Source: an uncultured Fibrobacteria bacterium (GTDB lineage: Bacteria > Fibrobacterota > Fibrobacteria > UBA11236). From it: a DNA stretch of 64,000 nucleotides. The notes beneath the pieces were generated by a model. It was not told the DNA's origin. It saw only the letters and a program-made list of their open reading frames with translations, and searched no databases. Within the stretch, counting starts at the first letter, position 1, and every line of letters starts with the position of its first letter. Position numbers and translations under genes: made by a program. The DNA lies in the NCBI GenBank assembly GCA_963716395.1, contig OY970309.1:3456001-3520000 (forward strand), written 5' to 3'. This document shows positions 29,164 to 39,425 of the stretch, piece after piece.

Positions 29164-29372
29164 GGATTAACGCCCGTCATCGGGTGAACCGGCGGCAGGC
29201 AAGAAGTTTTTCCCTGTTTCCTGGCGCGAAGTTGCGGCCGCGATGCAACGACCGCCCGTCCATGAATTTCTGGCGGGCTCAAACACCTCGCTCGGTGTAG
29301 CGCCGAGCTTAACTCGCCCGACGGAGAATCCATTGCCGGGCTTGACCTGCCACCGCAGGAATAACATCGCGC

Positions 29373-29627
29373 TCACCGGGAGATCCGGAAAGGGGCGGTA
29401 AAGCGTTTTCCGGCCCCGCTGACCTCGAAAAAATATCCGCCATTTCCCAGGCGATTGATCGGCACCGAGATTACACCGCCAGGGTTGGTGGCGTTCCGTT
29501 CCACCAGCTTGTTTCCGGACAGCGTGTAAATCGCAGCCTTGATTCCCGGGCCCAGCATGGTTTCCGGCAGATGGGCGATGAGCTGCGAAGGGCTGAGCCG
29601 CAGGGTAATACCGCGGCGCGGTCGCAC
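29373..29627 (-). pseudogene. Orphan secretion C-terminal sorting domain-like fragment
   Basis: AAIYTLSGNKLV...LGNGGYFFEV...FRISR resembles a T9SS-type CTD. No signal peptide or cargo; starts about 22 nt after the serC stop. Confidence 0.55.
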
Positions 29628-29649
29628 GCGTTCGGGAATTTGGTAAAAA

Positions 29650-30723
29650 CTATCCGTGGCGGCCGGCGAAGTCGCGCATCAGGGCCACCAAGGCGTCGAT
29701 GCCCGCCAGCCCCATGGCGTTGTAAATGCTGGCCCGGAATCCGCCCACCGAACGGTGGCCCTTGAGCCCGCTTAAACCCGCGGCTTCGGCCTCTTTCAAA
29801 AAGGCGCCTTCCAATTCGGGATTATTCATGACAAAAGTCACGTTCATGCGCGAGCGATCCTCTCGGGCGCAGGTGCCCTTGAACAAAGGGTTGGTGTCGA
29901 TTTCGCCGTAGAGGCGCCGCGCCTTTTCTTCGTTGCGCTCCTGCATGGCCTTGACCCCGCCCTGCGCCTTCACCCATTTCAGGGTTTCCAACGCCAGATA
30001 CACGGCGAACACCGGCGGCGTGTTGTACATGGAACCATTGTCGATTTGCAGCTTGTAGTCGAGCATGGCGGGCAATTTGCGCTTGGTTTTGCCCAGCAGG
30101 TCTTCGCGCACGATCACCAAAGTCGTGCCCGCGATGCCCATGTTTTTCTGCGCACCCGCATAGATGAGCCCGAATTTGGAGGCGTCGAAAGGACGGCTGA
30201 AAATATCGCTGCTCATGTCGGCCACCAACGGAATGGGCGACTTGGGAAATTCCTGTAATTGCGTGCCGAAAATGGTGTTATTCGAAGTGACGTGAAAATA
30301 TTTGGCATCGGCGGGAATGTCGAAGTCCTTAGGAATGGAGACGTAGTTCTGTTCTTTGCTCGATGCCACCACCTTGACCGTGCCGAAGAGCTTGGCTTCT
30401 TTGATGGCCTTGTTGGCCCAGGTGCCGGTATCGAGATAGGCCGCGGCTTCGCCCTCGTCGAGCAGGTTCATGGGCACCATGGCGAATTGCAGGCTGGCCC
30501 CGCCCTGAAGAAAGATCACCTGATAGCCCGACGGCACCCCCAGCAACTCTTTGACCAGAGCGCGCGCTTCGGTCATCACGCCTTCGAATTCCTTGGAGCG
30601 GTGCGAAATTTCCAACAGCGACAAACCCGTGCCTTGAAAATCCAGACAGGCCTGTGCGCCGGCCTGCATGGCCTCACGAGGCAAAATGGCGGGACCCGGA
30701 CCGAAATTGAATATCTGCTTCAT
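29650..30723 (-). CDS. serC: Phosphoserine aminotransferase
   Basis: [31 protein letters not shown] (PLP Lys), YNTPP, GHRSVGG. Confidence 0.98.
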   Translation of the reverse strand: MKQIFNFGPGPAILPREAMQAGAQACLDFQGTGLSLLEISHRSKEFEGVMTEARALVKELLGVPSGYQVIFLQGGASLQFAMVPMNLLDEGEAAAYLDTGTWANKAIKEAKLFGTVKVVASSKEQNYVSIPKDFDIPADAKYFHVTSNNTIFGTQLQEFPKSPIPLVADMSSDIFSRPFDASKFGLIYAGAQKNMGIAGTTLVIVREDLLGKTKRKLPAMLDYKLQIDNGSMYNTPPVFAVYLALETLKWVKAQGGVKAMQERNEEKARRLYGEIDTNPLFKGTCAREDRSRMNVTFVMNNPELEGAFLKEAEAAGLSGLKGHRSVGGFRASIYNAMGLAGIDALVALMRDFAGRHG

Positions 30724-30806
30724 GCGTGCATTCCTTCCTGCAAGGCGTTAAAGATAACTCCGGCCGCAGCCTTTGTTCGCGCGCGACGTAGAACGGTAAA
30801 ACGGCG

Positions 30807-31208
30807 TCACGCGGCGGCAGCGGTGCCAAGGCGCGCCATGGCCGTGGTCTGCATGCCTCCGCGCGGATTGAACACACCGCGCACCTCGAATGAGCGGGGT
30901 CGGCAGGCGCGCACGCAGTCGTCGAGCACCTTGTTGACCACGTGCTCGTGAAAAATTCCCAGGTCGCGGTAGAACAGAAAATATTCCTTGAGGCTTTTCA
31001 ATTCGAGGCACAGCTTGTCGGGCACATAGCGCAAGGTCAAGACCGCGAAGTCGGGCAAGGAGGTTTTGGGGCAAATGCAGGTGAACTCGGGAATTTCGAT
31101 TTCCAGTATGGTGTTTCGCCCCGGATACTGGAATTCCCAGGTTTCGATATCCGGCGTTATCAATGCGGGAATATGTCCTTGGCGGCCTTCATACGATTCA
31201 GCGTTCAC
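30807..31208 (-). CDS. queF: PreQ1 synthase (7-cyano-7-deazaguanine reductase), short type
   Basis: EFTCICPKTSLPDFA, ELKSLKEY, FHE, FNPRGG. Confidence 0.96.
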   Translation of the reverse strand: MNAESYEGRQGHIPALITPDIETWEFQYPGRNTILEIEIPEFTCICPKTSLPDFAVLTLRYVPDKLCLELKSLKEYFLFYRDLGIFHEHVVNKVLDDCVRACRPRSFEVRGVFNPRGGMQTTAMARLGTAAAA

Positions 31209-32485
31209 AGCTTCGCCTCCTCGATTACGGTTTGCGCGCCGGTGGCCAGATCTTTGACTTCATAACTGCCGGCGGGAGCGCGATCCGATCCGAAAAAAAT
31301 CACCTTGTGGGCGCCCTGATCGTCGGCTTCGGCGAGTTGTTTTTTCAATTTGCCGCCGGCCAGGGCATAAGCCGCGCTGTATCCGCGGCCACGCAGGCTC
31401 TGGGCCAGGCGCAGAAGGCCGGTTGCGGGCAGGCGCGACTCCGACGGCGCCAGGTCGACGAGAAAGTATTCGACGCCGCCGCGTTCCTGGGGCAGCAAGC
31501 TTTTTTCGCGCAGGAGTTCAGCCAGCACCACGTCCCCCATGCCCAGGCCTACGGCCGAAACGGGTTCACCGCCCAAATGTTCCATGAGATGATCGTAACG
31601 CCCGCCACCGGCCAGTGCGCGCAGAGTGCGGCCGCGATCGAACACTTCAAACACCGTGCCGGTGTAATAGGCCAGGCCGCGCACCACCGAAGTGTCCAGC
31701 GCGATGGAATCACCGTAACCCAAATCGCCGAGCAGGGCGAACAGCGCTTCCAAATCCGCCCGGCCCGCGTCGGAAGTTCCGGGCAGCCGGCGCAAATCCT
31801 CTAGGCTGCGGCATTGGAAAAAATCTTCGAGACGATCCGTGACAGATTGAAAATTTTGTTCCCGCAGTAGTTGGCGAAAAGCCTCTTCGCCGATTTTAGC
31901 GCGCTTGTCGAGCGCCGCGTACACCACGGGCTTGCGCTCTTCGACCACGCCCAGCCCGGCCAGAAATGCCGACAACACGGCCCGGCTCGACACCGACACG
32001 CTCACGTCGTCGGCGCCCAATCCGAAGGCGCGCAGTATCTCAATGGCCGCGGCGATCAAATCGGCTTCGGCGGCCACGGTGTCGCAACCCACCACGTCCA
32101 TGTTCAACTGGAAAAATTCGCGCAACCGTCCGCGTTGCGCCCTTTCATAGCGGTACAGCCGCGGAAGGGAAAACCATTTCACGGGCTTGCGCAGGCTGGC
32201 GCCCTTCTGGTTCACCATGCGCGCCAAGGTGGGCGTCAATTCGGGACGCAGGGCCAGATCGCGTCCGGCTTTGTCTTGAAAGTGGTACAGTTGTTCCGCG
32301 ATTTCGGCGCCGGATTTTCCCACGTACAAATCGAGGTGTTCGAAGCTCGGCCCCTCATATTCCTCGTAGCCGAACGATCGGCACACGCGCCGCCATACCT
32401 CGAAAATATGGTTTTGCACGCGCATATCTTCGGGGTAGAAATCCCGCGTGCCCTTGGGCGCCTGAATGCGATCCGATGTTTGCAT
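31205..32485 (-). CDS. hisS: Histidine--tRNA ligase
   Basis: PKGTRDFYP, LRPELT, RYERAQRGRLREFFQ, RGLAYYTG, GGGRYD. Confidence 0.97.
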   Translation of the reverse strand: MQTSDRIQAPKGTRDFYPEDMRVQNHIFEVWRRVCRSFGYEEYEGPSFEHLDLYVGKSGAEIAEQLYHFQDKAGRDLALRPELTPTLARMVNQKGASLRKPVKWFSLPRLYRYERAQRGRLREFFQLNMDVVGCDTVAAEADLIAAAIEILRAFGLGADDVSVSVSSRAVLSAFLAGLGVVEERKPVVYAALDKRAKIGEEAFRQLLREQNFQSVTDRLEDFFQCRSLEDLRRLPGTSDAGRADLEALFALLGDLGYGDSIALDTSVVRGLAYYTGTVFEVFDRGRTLRALAGGGRYDHLMEHLGGEPVSAVGLGMGDVVLAELLREKSLLPQERGGVEYFLVDLAPSESRLPATGLLRLAQSLRGRGYSAAYALAGGKLKKQLAEADDQGAHKVIFFGSDRAPAGSYEVKDLATGAQTVIEEAKL

Positions 32486-32643
32486 GCCATCCCTTGTTCA
32501 GAGCGCGCCCAATTTAGAAAAGCCGCGAGCGGGCATTGCGGCGACAGCCTTGGAACCCCTGATTTTCTTGAGAAAAAGGCCGCTGCGAGCTACCTTTCAC
32601 CCTTCGATGCAATCAGGAGATTCCGCGGTTTAATCCGGTCCGC

Positions 32644-33432
32644 ATGCGCGTTCTGCTCACCAACGACGACGGGGTCTTAAGCCCGGTTCTCTACCGGGTC
32701 GCCGATGCCTTGAACGCAGAGCATACCGTGACGGTGGCGGCTCCGGCCACGGATCAAAGCGGCCAGTCGCATAGCTTCACCCACGGCCCCGACCAATTTC
32801 TATTCCATCACCGGGACGCCTCGCGCGCCTATCCCGTCTATGAAATTGCCGGCACACCCAGCGATTGCATCAAATTCGCCGTGGCGCATCTGTTGCGCGA
32901 CGAAATTCCCGAGTTGGTGGTATCGGGCATCAATCTCGGCGAGAACGCCGGCGTCAGCGCGATTTATTCCGGCACCGTGGCCGCGGCCCGCGAAGCCGCG
33001 CTATGGGGCATCCCGTCCCTGGCCGTGAGCGTGTCGGGTCTCGGCGACGACCATCTCGAATTCGCGCTCAATTGGCTGTGCGCCCTGTTGCGCCGCCCCG
33101 AATGCCTGCCGGCGCCGCAAACCCTGTGGAACATCAATTTCCCGGCCTGCCGGCCTGAGGAAGTAGTGGGCGCCGAGTTCACGGCCATGGGCACGGTCAT
33201 GTTCCGGGATCACTATGAAGAGGCGAGCACACCCCATGGTCTCCTGGGCCATAAACTGGTCGGCAACAAACCCGCGGCCCTGTTCGCGGTCGGCAGCGAC
33301 GACCATGCCCTGCACCGCCATTGCATCGCGGTGACGCCGCTGCAAATCGCGCAAACCGCCGTGGAACAACTGCAGGCGCTGCGACGCGGCGCCTGGCTGC
33401 CCAAACCCATCCCAACGCGCCCGGCCGGCTAG
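32644..33432 (+). CDS. surE: 5'/3'-nucleotidase SurE
   Basis: [29 protein letters not shown]. Confidence 0.96.
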   Translation: MRVLLTNDDGVLSPVLYRVADALNAEHTVTVAAPATDQSGQSHSFTHGPDQFLFHHRDASRAYPVYEIAGTPSDCIKFAVAHLLRDEIPELVVSGINLGENAGVSAIYSGTVAAAREAALWGIPSLAVSVSGLGDDHLEFALNWLCALLRRPECLPAPQTLWNINFPACRPEEVVGAEFTAMGTVMFRDHYEEASTPHGLLGHKLVGNKPAALFAVGSDDHALHRHCIAVTPLQIAQTAVEQLQALRRGAWLPKPIPTRPAG

Positions 33433-33451
33433 GCGGGCGGGAGACCGCATT

Positions 33452-36025
33452 ATGGAAAACGAAGAACCTGCGGAAACCGGCAAGGTGGTCGAAGCCTTCA
33501 TCGAAGAGGAGATGAAGACCTCTTACCTGCGCTATTCCATGTCGGTGATCGTGGCGCGCGCCCTGCCCGATGTGCGCGACGGCCTCAAACCCGTGCATCG
33601 CCGTATTCTCTATGGGATGGAGAACATTTCCCTGTTCAGCGACCGGCCGTACAAGAAGTCGGCCAATATCGTGGGCGAAGTGATGGGCAAATACCATCCC
33701 CACGGCGACGCCGCCATTTACGAATCCATCGTGCGCATGGCCCAGGATTTTTCCATGCGCTACCCGCTCATCGACGGCCAGGGAAATTTCGGATCCATCG
33801 ACGGCGATCCGCCCGCGGCCATGCGCTATACCGAAGCGCGCATGCAGCACTTTGCGGAATTCATGCTCCAGGATCTGGAAAAAGAAACCGTCGATTTCGT
33901 GCCCAACTACGACACGTCGCTGGAAGAACCCGTGGTATTGCCTTCGGCCTTTCCCAATCTTTTGGTGAACGGCAGCACCGGCATCGCGGTGGGCATGGCC
34001 ACCAATATGCCGCCGCATAACCTGCGCGAAATCGTGAATGCCTGCGAAGCCATGATCCGCAATCCCGAATTGTCCGACGAGGAATTGCTGGCACAGGTCA
34101 GCGGGCCCGACTTCCCCACCGGCGGCATCATTCACGGCCGCAACGGTATCCGCGCCGCCTATCTCACCGGGCGCGGCCGCCTGTTGGTGCGGGCCCGCAG
34201 CGAGGTCGAAGAACACGGCGGACGCCACCGCATCGTCATCACCGAAATTCCCTACCAGGTCAACAAAACCACCTTGCTGGAAAAAATGGCCGCCCTCATC
34301 CGCGACAAGGTCGTCGAGGGCATTTCCGATTTGCGCGACGAAAGCGACCGCCGCGGCATGAGCATCGTCATCGAGCTCAAGAAAGACGCCTTTCCCGAAG
34401 TGGTGTTGAACACGCTGTACAAACACACCCAATTGCAGGAAACCTTCAGCATCCACAATCTGGCCCTGGTCAGAGGCCAACCGCGCACCCTGACCCTGCG
34501 CGAAATCATCCGGCATTTCCTCGATCACCGCCACGCCGTGGTTGAACGGCGCACGCGCTTCGATCTCAACAAGGCGCAGGATCGCGCCCACATTCTCGAA
34601 GGCCTGCGCATCGCCTTGGACCACATCGACGCCATCGTCCAACTCATCCGCCAAAGCGCCGATCCGGCCGCGGCGCGCACCGGGCTGATGGCCCAGTTCG
34701 GCCTCACCGAAAAGCAAGCCGACGCCATTCTCGAAATGCGCTTGCAGCGCCTCACCGGCCTGGAACGGGAGAAAATCGAGGCCGAGTACCAGGAGCTGAC
34801 CGTCACCATCGCCGATCTCCAGGACATCCTGGCCCGGCGCGAACGCCGCCTCGATCTCATTTCCTCCGAACTGCGCGCCATCGCCGAGAAGTACGGCGAC
34901 GCGCGGCGCACCGCGATTGAAGAAGCGGCCGACGACCTCACCTACCTCGATCTCATCGCCAACGAACCCATGGTGATCACGGTGTCGCATTCGGGGTACG
35001 TCAAGCGCATCGCGCCCGACGCTTACAAGCTGCAAGGGAGAGGCGGCAAAGGCATCTCGGGCGCCGGCCTCAAAGAAGAGGACTTCGTCGCGCACCTGTT
35101 TATCGCCTGGGCGCACAGCTATATCCTGGTATTCACCAATCTGGGCCGCTGCCATTGGTTGCGGGTGTACGAAATTCCCGAAGCCGCGCGCACGGCCAAG
35201 GGCAAAGCCCTGGTGAACCTGGTGAACTTTCAGGCCGGCGAACAGATCTCGGCCTTCGTGCCCGTGCGCTCCTTCGAGGACGCCCGCTCCCTGGTTTTGT
35301 GCACCGAGCGCGGCATCATCAACAAGATGGCGCTGGGTGCCTTCTCGCGTCCCCGCTCGGCGGGCATCAACGCCATCCACCTCGACGATGGGGATCAGTT
35401 GGAACAGGTGGCGTTGGCCTCGGAAAAAGACGACGTAATGATTGGCACCCGCCAAGGCCAAGCCATCCGTTTCGCCATGGACAAATTCCGCTTGACCGGC
35501 CGCGGCACCCGCGGCGTCCGCGGCATCACCCTCGACGATGGCGACGCCGTGATCGGCATGATCGTGCTTGAACCCGGCATTCATGTGCTCACCATCACCG
35601 AAAAGGGGTACGGCAAACGCAGCGATCCCGACGAATACCGCATCACCGGTCGCGGCGGCAAAGGCGTGCGCAATTTCAAAGTGGGTGACAAGGTCGGGGC
35701 CGCCATGTGCCTGGCTTCGGTGCGCGATGATCAGGAAATTCTCGTCATCACCCGGTTGGGTAACATCATTCGTTTACAGGTTTCCGACATCAGCCTGATC
35801 GGCCGCGACACCCAGGGTGTGCGGGTCATCCGCCTCGACGCTGACGACAGCGTGACGGCCGTGGCCATCGTGGAAAAAGAAGACGTCGATCCGGTCATGC
35901 TCGAATCGGCCGAAACCGCCCGGGCCCAAAGCGCCGCCGATGCCGGTCCGGCCGCAGGTGAAGGCCCGGAACTGGATTCCGAAAATGACGAAACCATCGC
36001 CCCCGACGAAGGCGGCGAAGCGTAA
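33452..36025 (+). CDS. gyrA: DNA gyrase subunit A
   Basis: [22 protein letters not shown] and GyrA-box QGRGGKG. Confidence 0.98.
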   Translation: MENEEPAETGKVVEAFIEEEMKTSYLRYSMSVIVARALPDVRDGLKPVHRRILYGMENISLFSDRPYKKSANIVGEVMGKYHPHGDAAIYESIVRMAQDFSMRYPLIDGQGNFGSIDGDPPAAMRYTEARMQHFAEFMLQDLEKETVDFVPNYDTSLEEPVVLPSAFPNLLVNGSTGIAVGMATNMPPHNLREIVNACEAMIRNPELSDEELLAQVSGPDFPTGGIIHGRNGIRAAYLTGRGRLLVRARSEVEEHGGRHRIVITEIPYQVNKTTLLEKMAALIRDKVVEGISDLRDESDRRGMSIVIELKKDAFPEVVLNTLYKHTQLQETFSIHNLALVRGQPRTLTLREIIRHFLDHRHAVVERRTRFDLNKAQDRAHILEGLRIALDHIDAIVQLIRQSADPAAARTGLMAQFGLTEKQADAILEMRLQRLTGLEREKIEAEYQELTVTIADLQDILARRERRLDLISSELRAIAEKYGDARRTAIEEAADDLTYLDLIANEPMVITVSHSGYVKRIAPDAYKLQGRGGKGISGAGLKEEDFVAHLFIAWAHSYILVFTNLGRCHWLRVYEIPEAARTAKGKALVNLVNFQAGEQISAFVPVRSFEDARSLVLCTERGIINKMALGAFSRPRSAGINAIHLDDGDQLEQVALASEKDDVMIGTRQGQAIRFAMDKFRLTGRGTRGVRGITLDDGDAVIGMIVLEPGIHVLTITEKGYGKRSDPDEYRITGRGGKGVRNFKVGDKVGAAMCLASVRDDQEILVITRLGNIIRLQVSDISLIGRDTQGVRVIRLDADDSVTAVAIVEKEDVDPVMLESAETARAQSAADAGPAAGEGPELDSENDETIAPDEGGEA

Positions 36026-36035
36026 AACCTCGACG

Positions 36036-37025
36036 ATGAGCCGCATTCCCGCTCTCGGGTGGATCGCGTTTGCGGCTTGGGCCGCCTGCGCGGATCCCGT
36101 GGCCTTGACATTCCCCGACACTTCCCATCTGCACGGTTTCCGGGCATTGGACCGCGAAGCAAATGCGGCGCTGTTCGCGCAGGCTCGGGGTCGCGACACT
36201 CTCTTTCTGCGGCTGGAGTGGAAGGGATCGCAGCCCTGGGCCCTCACCTATGCGCAGAACCAGGAATTCGACGAGAATTGGATTCTGCAACGCCTCGCCG
36301 ACGTCGCCCCGGAAACCGCCCCCAATCCCCTGCCCGACCCCGCGCCGGAATCGCCGGAGGCCACGCTGTACCCCGGGCTCAAGCAGGAATGGCTGCTGCG
36401 CGGCATGCGCACCACGGGCTGGATGGGGACGGGCGTGCACGGGATGCGTTTCTTCGTGGTCTTCCGGGCCGCTTCACCGGCCGTGGTCGACTCGGGTACG
36501 GTGAACCTGCAATTACGTCCGGCGCTCGCGGCGCGCCTCGACACGGCGGCCGGCTGGCTGGCCGCGCCTTGCTCCGACCGCTCGCCCGGGAAACACCGAT
36601 GTTACCGCCCGCGCGACCACGGACATTTTCTGGTCGAGGTCACGGACGGACCGCCGCCGCGCATCGCGCTGACCTTCGAAGAGGGCGATCCCCTGACCGA
36701 CGTGCGCTCGGCGGCCGAGACTTTGCCCGACGAGCAATGGCCCGACTATGCCAAGGACCTGTCTTCGCTGTTGCACGGAGAAGCCGTGCGCATGCTGTCG
36801 CAGGCCGCGGGCCTGGCGCCGGTTTTCACGTGGCCGGCCTGGAAAATCCTCGATTGGAAAGGGGGCGTGGTCCCGCCCGCGACCTACCTCGCGGCCTGGC
36901 GCGCCACGCACCGGCTTTCCGATCCTTTGCCGGCCTTACGCTACCGGGATCACGGATTGCAAGTCGACGTGGATCTGTACCTGGGCGGAAGCTGCCGCAT
37001 CACCGTCCAGGCCGTCGGCTCCTGA
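36036..37025 (+). CDS. Hypothetical exported protein
   Basis: ATG 10 nt after the gyrA stop, signal-peptide-like N-terminus, coding-like codon pattern. No family recognised. Confidence 0.65.
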   Translation: MSRIPALGWIAFAAWAACADPVALTFPDTSHLHGFRALDREANAALFAQARGRDTLFLRLEWKGSQPWALTYAQNQEFDENWILQRLADVAPETAPNPLPDPAPESPEATLYPGLKQEWLLRGMRTTGWMGTGVHGMRFFVVFRAASPAVVDSGTVNLQLRPALAARLDTAAGWLAAPCSDRSPGKHRCYRPRDHGHFLVEVTDGPPPRIALTFEEGDPLTDVRSAAETLPDEQWPDYAKDLSSLLHGEAVRMLSQAAGLAPVFTWPAWKILDWKGGVVPPATYLAAWRATHRLSDPLPALRYRDHGLQVDVDLYLGGSCRITVQAVGS

Positions 37026-37048
37026 TCCGGCGCCGCACCGCGCGCGAA

Positions 37049-38458
37049 TCAGCGCATGTAGGTGGGAACACGCGTCTTGTCGCCGCCGCTTTTGACGTAC
37101 TTCGCGAAGTAAATCCGGGCTTCGTCGGGCTTGCTCAATTTCAAGAGCGACATGGCCAAATCGAAATACGGCTCGACCACGTCAAAGCAATACAAGGCCA
37201 CATTGCGGCCGTAATGCACGATTTCACGATCGTCGTTGCGCAGCTTGGCATAGCGCATGGCCAGCAAACCAGCATCGCAGCTCATGGGGTCGGCGGCGAT
37301 CACGGCCGCGATTTGCGCTCCCAGCCCGCTGGTGTCGTCGTCGACCAATTCATCCCACAGGGCCAGGAGCACAGCCGGGCGGCCCGGATAATCCCGGTAC
37401 AGGCCGCGGTAGAGTTCATGGGCCTGCTTTTCGTAGCCGCGCAGGTTCAACTGATTCGCGAGGAATTCCTTCTGCGCCAGGGACGTATCCTGCTCCTTGA
37501 TATCGCCCCACAACTGATTGGCTTTAAACCCGTTGCCCGTCACCGAGTAATGCTTGTACAGTTCGGCCGTGGCCACCAGCCGGAATTGGGGCCAGGTCGA
37601 CGCCAGGGCGTTCTGGAATTCCCGATCGGCCTGTTCCACCCTATCATGGGCCGCGGCTTCTTCGGCGGCGACGAAGCTTTGCTCAGGAGCCGTGGCCGCG
37701 GCGCCGGCGGCCTCGAGCCAGGCTTGCGCCGCGCTGAACTCACCCAACAGGGAAAGATCCAAGGCGGCCAGTACCTTGACCGACGGAGCCTGGCAGCGGC
37801 GGGCGGCATTTTGCACGGCATCGGTATGTAACGACTTCCCCAGGTAAAAAGCCGAGAGCAAAAGCCAGTGCGCCGCGGCGGTGTCCAAATCGCCGGCATA
37901 GGGCGCGAGGATATCACGGCAGTCGGGGTAACGCCCAAGATTGTAAGCCAGTTCGGCGGCGCGCCGCACTTCGGGCGTGAACCCCTTGCGATGCGCGGAA
38001 TAAAGCCGTAGCGCCGCTTCGGCGGCCTGAAAATGCTTTTCCGCTTCCAGGTCTTTTTCCAGTTCTGCGAAGGTTTCGCTGTCGACTCGCCCCAGGTTGG
38101 GAAACAGATACGGCAGGCTGCTCTCCACCTTGCCGGCGTTCAGCCACATCAGGCCGATGCGCACGATGACGTCGGCCGAATTCTTGCTTAGGCGGATGGC
38201 TTCGTCGAAATAGCCCTTGGCCAAATCATCCTGATCAGTTTTCAATTCGAATTGGGCGAGGTCGAGCCAATGACTGGGATTATCGGGGTTTTGCTGAACC
38301 AAGCGCTGGAGCGAATCTTCGAGGTCTGCGTGGCGACTCTCCTTCGCACCCGGGGCGGTCGCGCAGAAAAGGCATAAAACCAGAATGAAGCCGCAACGCC
38401 TCGGGCCGAACGCACCGCCGAACCATCCGTATGCCAGCTTTTTCACAATCTGCCTCAC
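37049..38458 (-). CDS. Exported tetratricopeptide-repeat protein
   Basis: Signal-like N-terminus; TPR patterns (NPDNPSHWLDLAQ...AKGYFDEAIRL; EPYFDLAMSL...EARIYFAKY). Confidence 0.8.
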   Translation of the reverse strand: MRQIVKKLAYGWFGGAFGPRRCGFILVLCLFCATAPGAKESRHADLEDSLQRLVQQNPDNPSHWLDLAQFELKTDQDDLAKGYFDEAIRLSKNSADVIVRIGLMWLNAGKVESSLPYLFPNLGRVDSETFAELEKDLEAEKHFQAAEAALRLYSAHRKGFTPEVRRAAELAYNLGRYPDCRDILAPYAGDLDTAAAHWLLLSAFYLGKSLHTDAVQNAARRCQAPSVKVLAALDLSLLGEFSAAQAWLEAAGAAATAPEQSFVAAEEAAAHDRVEQADREFQNALASTWPQFRLVATAELYKHYSVTGNGFKANQLWGDIKEQDTSLAQKEFLANQLNLRGYEKQAHELYRGLYRDYPGRPAVLLALWDELVDDDTSGLGAQIAAVIAADPMSCDAGLLAMRYAKLRNDDREIVHYGRNVALYCFDVVEPYFDLAMSLLKLSKPDEARIYFAKYVKSGGDKTRVPTYMR

Positions 38459-38477
38459 AATATATCTTCGGCGCCGA

Positions 38478-38608
38478 ACCCAGTTGAGGCCATGGAGCCA
38501 GGCGTCGAATGACTTACGCGAGGAAGGTTTCGCCTCATCGGAAGCTTCGCGCGATTTGAGGACAGCTGTGTCCCGGGCATGGCCTGAAGGCGAGGGTCAC
38601 ATCTGGGT
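38478..38608. ncRNA. Candidate structured non-coding RNA (family unassigned)
   Basis: Nested perfect stems ACCCAG/CTGGGT and AGGCCATG/CATGGCCT enclose three hairpins in an ORF-poor gap. A TATCTT box lies just upstream on the + strand. Confidence 0.4.
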
Positions 38609-38629
38609 AGAGGAAAACCGCCCGTATAG

Positions 38630-39232
38630 TCAAACGTCGGAATAATTCGCGGGGAACATACGGCGTTCCACATTTTCGATCAGGATATGCAAGGCGGTCA
38701 TGTGCACCTCCTGCACGCGTTCGGTGGAAGATGATTTCACCCAGATTTCCTCATCGCCGCGTCCGCGCAACTCCCCGCCTTCTTTTCCCAGCAAGAGGTA
38801 AACGGCAAGACCGCGGCGTTTGGCCGCCTCCACGGCGCGCACCACATTGGCGGAATGGCCGCTGGTGGAAATCGCCACCAGCACATCGCCGGCGCGGCCA
38901 TAGGCTTCGACGCCGCGCGCAAAAATCTGCTCGAAGCCGTAATCGTTGGCCACGCAGGTCACATGCGCGGATTCCAGCAGAGGAATCACCGGCAAGGCGG
39001 CGCGATCGCGGCGGAAGCGGCCGGTAAATTCTTCGGCGAAATGCAGGGCATCGCAGGCCGAACCGCCATTGCCGCAAACCAGCACCTGGCCGCCCCGGCC
39101 GAAACATTGCGCCAGCCCTTCGGCCATACGCGCGATGACGCCGACATTCGCGCCGTCGGCGGCAAAAGCCGCCAAAACGCTTTGCGCTTCGGACCAAGCC
39201 GCTTTAATGCTGTGGTGAAAATCGACCGCCAT
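38630..39232 (-). CDS. gmhA: D-sedoheptulose 7-phosphate isomerase
   Basis: CGNGGSACDALHFAEE, ANDYGF, ISTSGHS, RVQEVH. Confidence 0.96.
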   Translation of the reverse strand: MAVDFHHSIKAAWSEAQSVLAAFAADGANVGVIARMAEGLAQCFGRGGQVLVCGNGGSACDALHFAEEFTGRFRRDRAALPVIPLLESAHVTCVANDYGFEQIFARGVEAYGRAGDVLVAISTSGHSANVVRAVEAAKRRGLAVYLLLGKEGGELRGRGDEEIWVKSSSTERVQEVHMTALHILIENVERRMFPANYSDV

Positions 39233-39425
39233 GTGCATCCCCTTTTGGAATTGCAGAAAACAGGAACAGGATTGCAGCCCGGAGAGCAAGATAAAAAGAG
39301 CCGTTCGGCTCCGTTCGGCGGCCGCCGCGAAAAGACACGGCCCGGCCTATGCATGACTGTTGCCCGGAGTTTGACTTAGTTTTTGAGACCGGGGATGGTA
39401 TGGAAAAAATGGACGCGAAGGTGGC

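Noticed and set aside
33197-35584. 795-aa antisense ORF over gyrA, and similar long shadow ORFs over zwf, wzc, the GT genes and the adhesin
   Set aside because: Expected in high-GC DNA with strong codon bias; no protein motifs, and each overlaps a clearly real gene.
38525-38545. Hammerhead ribozyme core (minus strand CCGATGAGGCGAAAC)
   Set aside because: CUGAUGA is imperfect and there is no room for stem II before GAAA.
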